From Candidatus Zhuqueibacterota bacterium (GTDB taxonomy: Bacteria; SM23-31): a stretch of 64,000 nucleotides of DNA. Positions 57,896 to 64,000 of this stretch are shown piece after piece. The stretch lies in the NCBI GenBank assembly GCA_042564455.1, contig JBHPLC010000005.1:481-64480 (forward strand). The letters are read 5' to 3'. How positions within the stretch are numbered: position 1 is the first letter of the stretch; each line of letters begins with the position of its first letter. The position numbers were made by a program, and so were the translations under genes. The notes under the pieces were generated by a model, which was not told the DNA's origin, did no database searches, and saw nothing but the letters and a program-made list of their open reading frames with translations.

Positions 57896-59005
57896 TTACT
57901 TAATAAATATCATCCGTTTTATATCACTAAAACTTCCAGCCTTTAATTGATATAAGTAAATCCCTGAGCTAACCTGCATGCCAATCTCATTTTTACCATT
58001 CCAAATATATTTATAATTTCCAGAAGACAAGTTATCAGATATTAATGATTTTACTAATGATCCGGCAGAATTGTATATTCTTAAAGTCACATAAGAACTT
58101 ATTGGTATTTGGATTTGAATAGTTGTTGTTGGATTAAAAGGATTAGGAAAATTCTGTTTGAGTGAAAACTGTTTTGGAATCATATTCTCAGAAAAATCAT
58201 CAATAATATTTGTTGTCAGATTAGTAAACGTAAAGCTATATTCGGTACCGTAATAATTGTCTGTAAAATAAAGTGTCGTAGCATCTATAGATACATTTCC
58301 AGAATATATATCATAGCGATTATAAAATTCTATCTGCAAAGTCGGTCCAGTAGGATTGTACGTTATGGAACCGTTAAATATCCCTGTTCCCACCGCAAAC
58401 CAAGTAACATCAGCTACAACAACAGTATCATTATATGAAGCATTTGAAATTGTATAAGTATCGTTCAAACGAGGAATTGCATTCTGATCTGTGTTGTCAG
58501 TCGATGTAACTTTCCAAGTACCATTCCATAAGGCAGGATCTGCTTCGGTCACTACTGGTATTTCAGTAAACGTAAAGCTATATTCGGTACCGTAATAATT
58601 GTCTGTAAAATAAAGTGTCGTAGCATCTATAGATACATTTCCAGAATATATATCATAGCGATTATAAAATTCTATCTGCAAAGTCGGTCCAGTAGGATTG
58701 TACGTTATGGAACCGTTAAATATCCCTGTTCCCACCGCAAACCAAGTAACATCAGCTACAACAACAGTATCATTATATGAAGCATTTGAAATTGTATAAG
58801 TATCGTTCAAACGAGGAATTGCATTCTGATCTGTGTTGTCAGTCGATGTAACTTTCCAAGTACCATTCCATAAGGCAGGATCAGTGCTCTGAGATAATAC
58901 AGATGAAGAAATAGAAAGTATGAGAAATATTATAACATATCTAATACTTTTCATGATCAAGACCTCTTTTAGTATTATCAAGAATACATCAACATAAATA
59001 AACAA
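57896..59005 (-). CDS. T9SS-sorted secreted protein with an internally duplicated 114-aa module
   Basis: The C-terminus is QNFPNPFNPTTTIQ...SGIYLYQLKAGSFSDIKRMIFIK (Por/T9SS CTD). The likely start is MKSIRY at 58954. Confidence 0.8.
   Translation of the reverse strand: MFIYVDVFLIILKEVLIMKSIRYVIIFLILSISSSVLSQSTDPALWNGTWKVTSTDNTDQNAIPRLNDTYTISNASYNDTVVVADVTWFAVGTGIFNGSITYNPTGPTLQIEFYNRYDIYSGNVSIDATTLYFTDNYYGTEYSFTFTEIPVVTEADPALWNGTWKVTSTDNTDQNAIPRLNDTYTISNASYNDTVVVADVTWFAVGTGIFNGSITYNPTGPTLQIEFYNRYDIYSGNVSIDATTLYFTDNYYGTEYSFTFTNLTTNIIDDFSENMIPKQFSLKQNFPNPFNPTTTIQIQIPISSYVTLRIYNSAGSLVKSLISDNLSSGNYKYIWNGKNEIGMQVSSGIYLYQLKAGSFSDIKRMIFIK
58224..58882. repeat. perfect in-frame tandem duplication (two 317-nt identical copies, 342-nt period)
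   Basis: 58224-58540 and 58566-58882 are identical base for base by eye. They encode DPALWNGTWKVTSTDN...GTEYSFTFT twice. Confidence 0.9.
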
Positions 59006-59037
59006 GATTTACATATCAAAACATGAACTAATCCTTA

Positions 59038-59643
59038 CTAAAAATAATCGAAGGGTTTTATACCAAAGCCTAAAAGAAAGGAGTTTCCTTGATAATCTTG
59101 TTTAAAATTGTCAAAATAATTGTAATTGTTTTTGTATTCTAGGAAAAATCCAAATTTATAAATATCAAAATATACTCCGAAATTTAGTGATAATTCTAAG
59201 ATATCTAATTCCTTTTGTTTACTATCGCTCCAAAGCTGATCATAACCAACACCCAAAGTTATAAAAGGAAATGCTCTATAGCTATTATCACTATAATTAT
59301 AAAGACAGCTTCCAAATTCTAATGCCACAGTTCCTGAATTATCAACCTTATATGGTTTTCTATCAACATTAGAAGATGAGGCCGTAAATGATAGAATAGA
59401 TCTTCCATCTTCATTCAAATAAATACCCTTTAGGAAAATACCATAGCTTGCAGGTGATAGACCGGTGTTAAAATCTATTTGATGTTTTTTAATGTTAAGA
59501 CCATGAACAATAAACAATGATTTCTGCTTTTTCCCAATACCTATATCAATATCATCTTGTATACTAATATTGACCTGATTTTGAGCAATTGAAATTGAGC
59601 AAAAAAATATTATAAGAATACATGCCAAGATAGTAGTTTTCAT
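59038..59643 (-). CDS. small outer-membrane beta-barrel-like protein
   Basis: 201 aa with a signal peptide, alternating pattern and a C-terminal ..GFGIKPFDYF. Confidence 0.5.
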   Translation of the reverse strand: MKTTILACILIIFFCSISIAQNQVNISIQDDIDIGIGKKQKSLFIVHGLNIKKHQIDFNTGLSPASYGIFLKGIYLNEDGRSILSFTASSSNVDRKPYKVDNSGTVALEFGSCLYNYSDNSYRAFPFITLGVGYDQLWSDSKQKELDILELSLNFGVYFDIYKFGFFLEYKNNYNYFDNFKQDYQGNSFLLGFGIKPFDYF

Positions 59644-59684
59644 TGCTTTTCCCTCAATTATTAATGTTCATTTATGACCAATAT

Positions 59685-60788
59685 CTACTTTACAAACATC
59701 ATTCTCTTTACCTCTTGGAAATCACTAGCTTTTAATTGATATAAGTATATCCCGGAACTAACCTGCATACCGGATTCATTAGTTCCATCCCATTTATAAT
59801 GGTGATCACCTTGACCTACATACCCACTGAATATCGTTTTAACCTTTACACCATTTGAATTATAAATTGTCAATTCCACATTCTCAGTTTTTGAAGCGTA
59901 AAACTTTAAAGTTGTTTCCGGATTAAATGGATTGGGATAATTCTGGTTTAAATAAAATTGTTCAGGAATAATTCCTTTCTCTTCTTCATCTCCAATAGCT
60001 GATGTTGGTCTTTGAGTAATAACATTTGGTTCATAACTTAATAAACTTGGAATTCCATTTTCAATTTTGAATTTTATGAATCTTTCAGAGACATAAGTGT
60101 AATTCCATATTTCATTAACTTTTTCTATCCATACTTCACTATTTAATTCTAAATTCCATGCTCCAATTTTTACTTCTTTGTCATTCTGAGGCTCTATAAA
60201 ATACCAATCATTCCAATTTAATGCATTATCTCCCATCAAAATTGCACTAGCAGCATGTCCTGGATGACGAATTCCAATAACATAAAAAGGAAGATTAAAT
60301 CTTGCATTATTTGTTGTGTCATATTTAGATGGAATTGTCCCATTAAAACCATTAATATTAATATATGTTTGAACAGAATATTCATTGCATGTCCAACTAT
60401 CTGTAGCAGTACTTGTATCTGTTTTATCAATTGCATACATTTTATCTACCCATGATTCTCGTTCTTGTCTTGTTGTTAATTTATTCCAGTCACTTGGAAG
60501 ATAAAGAGTTTGTCCTGATAAATAATTTTCTAAAACATCTAAGTCAGCTTGAGTTGAAGGTGTTCCGTCTCCGTCAATGTCAGACAAATCATTTGATACT
60601 CCTGATTGAATTAAATTATAATCTGTTTGGTCAACAGCTCCACTTGAGTCAACATCCCCACTTCCATAATAAATTGTTGTTTGTATTGGTTGGATAAAAG
60701 GATTTATTTCTTGGGCTTTTGAAAATTTTGGAAATAACAAAAGTAGGGCTGCCCCTGCAAAAACCAAACTATTTTTTAATTTGTTCAT
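59685..60788 (-). CDS. T9SS-sorted secreted protein with dockerin/EF-hand-like repeats
   Basis: GDVDSSGAVDQTDYNLI...SDIDGDGTPSTQADLDVLENYL. The C-terminus is QNYPNPFNPETTLKF...SGIYLYQLKASDFQEVKRMMFVK. Confidence 0.8.
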   Translation of the reverse strand: MNKLKNSLVFAGAALLLLFPKFSKAQEINPFIQPIQTTIYYGSGDVDSSGAVDQTDYNLIQSGVSNDLSDIDGDGTPSTQADLDVLENYLSGQTLYLPSDWNKLTTRQERESWVDKMYAIDKTDTSTATDSWTCNEYSVQTYININGFNGTIPSKYDTTNNARFNLPFYVIGIRHPGHAASAILMGDNALNWNDWYFIEPQNDKEVKIGAWNLELNSEVWIEKVNEIWNYTYVSERFIKFKIENGIPSLLSYEPNVITQRPTSAIGDEEEKGIIPEQFYLNQNYPNPFNPETTLKFYASKTENVELTIYNSNGVKVKTIFSGYVGQGDHHYKWDGTNESGMQVSSGIYLYQLKASDFQEVKRMMFVK

Positions 60789-61172
60789 ATACTTACCTTT
60801 AATAAAAAGTTTATTAAGTCTTTTTATCTAAGATTTAAAATGTTTTTATAATTGTACATCATTTAAACATTGCGGATTTATTCAGAAGTATTTTGTAAAA
60901 TTGAAAAGATAAATTCTATACAGATAAAATCAGCCTGGTCACCCCACACAGCCACCAGTAAAACTTATTAGAATCTGAGGAATTTAGATTGATGTAAAAT
61001 AAAATATGAAGTAATGTAAATACAAAAAAAGAAGAATTCAACAGATATTTGGACTATTCTTACAGAAATATAATACTTTTGCATGATCAACTATAATTAA
61101 CTCTATTAGCAACCTATGTTTCTTAACTTTTAGGGGTAATTTGTCCGAAATGCTCTGAACCGCTATAATCTA

Positions 61173-62300
61173 TCATTTAGTCCAACCTAGTGCTTTGTGA
61201 ACATCCTTAAAATCTGTAAAAAGATGTTTGAAAATACTTTTTGCAAGGTTATTTATTCTTTTAGGCTTCGAAACAGTGTAATTAGTTTCATATATGAGTT
61301 TATTGAAATATCCTCTTCTAAATAGTTCTTTTACAATACATTCAATTAAGATTAAATCTGCCACTTCAAGATGTGAAATGTTATTCTTATATTTTAGTGA
61401 ATCTGGGATTAATTTATCTCCATGGACAATTTTATTACGTAACCTATTAAATCTTAAAGTCCATCTCCCTGCAGTGGTAATTTCAGACTTATTTGGTTTT
61501 ATACCGGGAACTTTTCTAAAGCTTTTTGATGCAATATTATTTTCAATATATTTAATAAAGTAAGCCTCTTTTGTAACTCTCTTTTTGGTTTTCTTCCCTT
61601 TTTTTTTGTGTTGTAAACCTGGAAATTTCAGAAAAACTTCAAAAGCTGAATGCATCATTACAAGTTTTGCATATGGGGAGAAACCGAAATCTTCTAAATG
61701 TGCAATTCTAAACCATTCCAGGCTTTGAAATAACCTATCTGTAAATCGATTCTTTTGAACTAAACACTGGCCAAATCCTTCAGTTAGAGTGGGAAAATAA
61801 CTTCGAATACCTAAACGAACTGTTGATGGTTTATAACACCTAAATTCACCCTTACTTAGAGATGAAAAAGTACTGCTTGTTTCAAAGTCAAGTACGTGGA
61901 CTATTCTATCTTTTCCGGAATTATGAATGTTTATCATCTCAAACAAATTTGTGTTAGGAAAATTATCATATGTTCCTGTATAGCAGACTTTACTTCTAAT
62001 ATTGAAACAAATATAATTGAGAATGAGTATGTCAACAGCTCTACGGATATCCAACACTTCTAAACTTGTTAATTTTCTAAAATTCAATTCCCCATGTGTG
62101 CAAATCGTAATATTGTTTAGAAGAAACATTCTATCTGAACGAGCTGAAAGGAAGCTTTGAGACAGAAGACTCATAATATCTTCAGAAGATTTTAAGTCAT
62201 CTTGAACATTGGAGAATGGAGAGAAATGTATTGAACCAATCACAATGGATTCTTCTAGCTCGAGCCATGGGAGTATAAATATTTCTCTCCAGTTATTCAT
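61173..62300 (-). CDS. uncharacterised protein with a C-terminal HEPN-like domain (Rx4H)
   Basis: 375 aa. The C-terminal part is LFQSLEWFRIAH...AKLVMMHSAFEVFL...WTLRFNRLRNKIVHGD...HLEVADLILIECIVKELF. RNKIVH fits the HEPN Rx4-6H motif between predicted helices. Confidence 0.55.
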   Translation of the reverse strand: MNNWREIFILPWLELEESIVIGSIHFSPFSNVQDDLKSSEDIMSLLSQSFLSARSDRMFLLNNITICTHGELNFRKLTSLEVLDIRRAVDILILNYICFNIRSKVCYTGTYDNFPNTNLFEMINIHNSGKDRIVHVLDFETSSTFSSLSKGEFRCYKPSTVRLGIRSYFPTLTEGFGQCLVQKNRFTDRLFQSLEWFRIAHLEDFGFSPYAKLVMMHSAFEVFLKFPGLQHKKKGKKTKKRVTKEAYFIKYIENNIASKSFRKVPGIKPNKSEITTAGRWTLRFNRLRNKIVHGDKLIPDSLKYKNNISHLEVADLILIECIVKELFRRGYFNKLIYETNYTVSKPKRINNLAKSIFKHLFTDFKDVHKALGWTK

Positions 62301-62304
62301 TATA

Positions 62305-63192
62305 CTACCTAATACGTCCGGTGCATTTCAACAGCATTGCAATTAAAGAAAATAAGCGATGGAACAAATAATCTATGTACTCAGAGCGTTCTAATGGGAT
62401 TGTATCAGTTTCTGTGTGCCTGATTTGGAATTTATTACCATATTCGGTCAATATAATAGCTTCAGCATCAATGAATTCTCTAATATTTTCTTCTGGGATA
62501 GCATTTTTGAGTAAAGTTTCAATTTTTTCACGCTTATTTTTACCCTTTTCAAGAGTTTTTAGCCTCTCAAAAGCATCCCATAACTTATCAACTGCTTCTT
62601 TTCGAACAGCCACTTCAGGTTTCCTGATCTTTTCTTTCGCATTTTCTAATAATTTGTTAAGTTCTTCATCTTCTGTATTTGCATATGTCGACTCGACTAT
62701 TCTTTGAAGAGGTTCTGATAAAAGTCTTCTAATCTTTCCAATGTCATCAAATTCAAATGCAAGATTATTTCTGCTAAAAAGCGTATTGACTATATCGCGA
62801 TATTCTCTTCTACCTTGATCAGTATTAAAAGTAATATAGTGGTTATGCTTAAAGAAATCATGATATTCTGTTCTTCTAGGTTTTGAAATCTTATCATGAA
62901 AAAATTCAATTAGATCAAAGCAATAGTAGTTAGGTGGGATCTCATTGGATCTTAGGGGCCAGGTAATAGTTGGATTACTGCCACCTACCGCTAATCCTAA
63001 GTTTTGAGAATTGCATCCAATGATTACCGGACTGTCCTCACATCTTTCTGGATACATTTCTGCTAAATAACCGTTATTCTTATAACTTTCTACGAGACTG
63101 ACAATTCCACCCCAGAAAGATTCTGTTATTTCTTCACTGGTTCTGGGTGTCTCTCCAGATTCTCTTTCAGTAAAATATCTGTGTTCGTTCAT
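62305..63192 (-). CDS. uncharacterised protein (AbiJ N-terminal-domain-like signature, from memory)
   Basis: 295 aa with FTERESGETPRTSEEITESFWGGIV..., DLIEFFHD..., KLWDAFERLKTLEKGKNKREK..., NKFQIRHTETD..., IDYLFHRLFSLIAMLL. Its stop lies 4 nt before the start of the HEPN gene. Confidence 0.4.
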   Translation of the reverse strand: MNEHRYFTERESGETPRTSEEITESFWGGIVSLVESYKNNGYLAEMYPERCEDSPVIIGCNSQNLGLAVGGSNPTITWPLRSNEIPPNYYCFDLIEFFHDKISKPRRTEYHDFFKHNHYITFNTDQGRREYRDIVNTLFSRNNLAFEFDDIGKIRRLLSEPLQRIVESTYANTEDEELNKLLENAKEKIRKPEVAVRKEAVDKLWDAFERLKTLEKGKNKREKIETLLKNAIPEENIREFIDAEAIILTEYGNKFQIRHTETDTIPLERSEYIDYLFHRLFSLIAMLLKCTGRIR

Positions 63193-63236
63193 ATGATGAG
63201 CCTAATTGTATTTTATAGAAAATAGATTGGATAAAA

Positions 63237-63824
63237 TTATATGTTTTCTATATATGGTGAAACTACATTTGGAAATTTTTCACGATCCCAACCCACAGGA
63301 AATGGAAGTGGAACTTTATTTAAGACTCTATCTTCCAAACCAGAACACTTTACATTGGAATAGATATGGTTAAAGATACCTTTCTTAATGATGATGATAT
63401 TCTCTGGATCTAATTGTTCTATTTCCATTTGCAGAATATCTATGCAGTTATTAAGAATCTGAGGTTTAAACTCTTTATTTGGGCCGTTTACAGGGCATTT
63501 GGCAGCATCAATTAAGAAATGTCCAAGTTCTTGAAATTTTTTTAGACTTTCAACTTTAGTACCTGAAATGGAAATTTTAAGGACTCCCATAATTTGTTTT
63601 ATTAGTATATCACGATACTCTATCAAACCAGGTCTGTAAAAATACCGAGGAGTTTTCCCTGGTTTTACATATGGAGGAGATTCGATAATCCAGAGCAATT
63701 TTATAAGATCTGGTTTGTATTTATTATAGGCATTGTCAAAGTTCTGCTCTTTTGCAGTATTATAATTCAATCCAAATTCTTTACATTTATTGCAGTTTAA
63801 AATTTTCTCACGTATTTTATCCAA
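63237..63824 (-). CDS. uracil-DNA-glycosylase-superfamily-like protein (TTG start)
   Basis: 195 aa with CNKC..., LLWIIESPP (position of UDG motif A), FLIDAAKCP, then NCIDILQMEIEQLDPENIIII and VPLPFPVGW (position of motif B). The motif order matches family 4/5 UDGs, but the motif residues are atypical. Confidence 0.45.
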   Translation of the reverse strand: MDKIREKILNCNKCKEFGLNYNTAKEQNFDNAYNKYKPDLIKLLWIIESPPYVKPGKTPRYFYRPGLIEYRDILIKQIMGVLKISISGTKVESLKKFQELGHFLIDAAKCPVNGPNKEFKPQILNNCIDILQMEIEQLDPENIIIIKKGIFNHIYSNVKCSGLEDRVLNKVPLPFPVGWDREKFPNVVSPYIENI

Positions 63825-63843
63825 ATTTATTTCTCACAAAGTA

Positions 63844-64000
63844 GATTAGATTTTTACATCATATTATATTTTTTGAAGTTCTCTGCCTGTTCAAAAATCT
63901 CTTTGTAAACTTCATCTCTGTCCACAGGCGGATAATCGTTTTCGGCCAAAAGGACGATCAAATCTGCTTTAAGTTCAGCCTTAATATCTTCACGATGGCT
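63844..64000 (-). CDS. hsdR: type I restriction enzyme R subunit, C-terminal end (5' part outside the window)
   Basis: My translation of the minus strand is SHREDIKAELKADLIVLLAENDYPPVDRDEVYKEIFEQAENFKKYNMM-stop. The ..YPP....V...I.EQAE.. tail is typical of HsdR C-termini. Confidence 0.55.

Noticed and set aside
1-64000. CRISPR array or other regularly spaced short repeats.
   Set aside because: No repeat-spacer periodicity is seen anywhere. The only tandem repeats are a coding duplication (58224-58882) and the iteron clusters.

Overview
This is a 64-kb chromosomal segment from an AT-rich bacterium. It is probably a member of the FCB superphylum, because it carries two T9SS C-terminal sorting domains and two FISUMP-domain lipoproteins. 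I found no rRNA, no intact tRNA and no CRISPR array. All homology calls come from reading the translations, not from any search.

Layout:
- 1-12.9 kb: periplasmic and envelope genes. These are a Tat-signal esterase, a PQQ-like beta-propeller, a Tat-signal class V aminotransferase, a SnoaL-like lipoprotein, a SASA-type esterase, four small membrane proteins, an FGE-sulfatase-domain protein, a FISUMP protein, beta-barrels and a holin-family protein.
- 13.1-24.3 kb: nine co-directional minus-strand genes. They are a NitT/TauT-type ABC transporter, TelA, a coiled-coil membrane protein, two SBP-OmpA fusions, a vWA lipoprotein and a membrane-anchored TAXI receptor.
- 24.6-31.6 kb: a DAACS symporter, a Ser/Thr kinase with a TolB-like propeller, and a tandem-TAXI membrane protein.
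- 32.2-37.5 kb: tRNA 3'-half fragments, a GIY-YIG gene, and a compact integrative element with an integrase, a primase-helicase and an iteron origin.
- 37.9-48.1 kb: a FISUMP lipoprotein, then a signalling module (PQQ propeller, SnoaL-like protein, STK-TPR, class III cyclase-TPR) bracketed by roughly 0.45-kb direct repeats that each carry a small XRE-type HTH gene.
- 48.1-64 kb: a visibly more AT-rich defence island. It holds Mrr, a short tyrosine recombinase, a Doc-type Fic protein, Gabija (gajA-gajB), an inserted T9SS cargo cluster, and the 3' end of a type I hsdR.

The most interesting candidate is an uncharacterised three-gene operon directly downstream of hsdR. It encodes a UDG-fold protein, an AbiJ-N-terminal-like protein, and a protein with a C-terminal HEPN Rx4H motif.

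A second recurring theme is a set of orphan 5' and 3' stubs, and duplicated upstream leaders, of the kinase/cyclase-TPR gene family. Unrelated genes now sit between some of these stubs.
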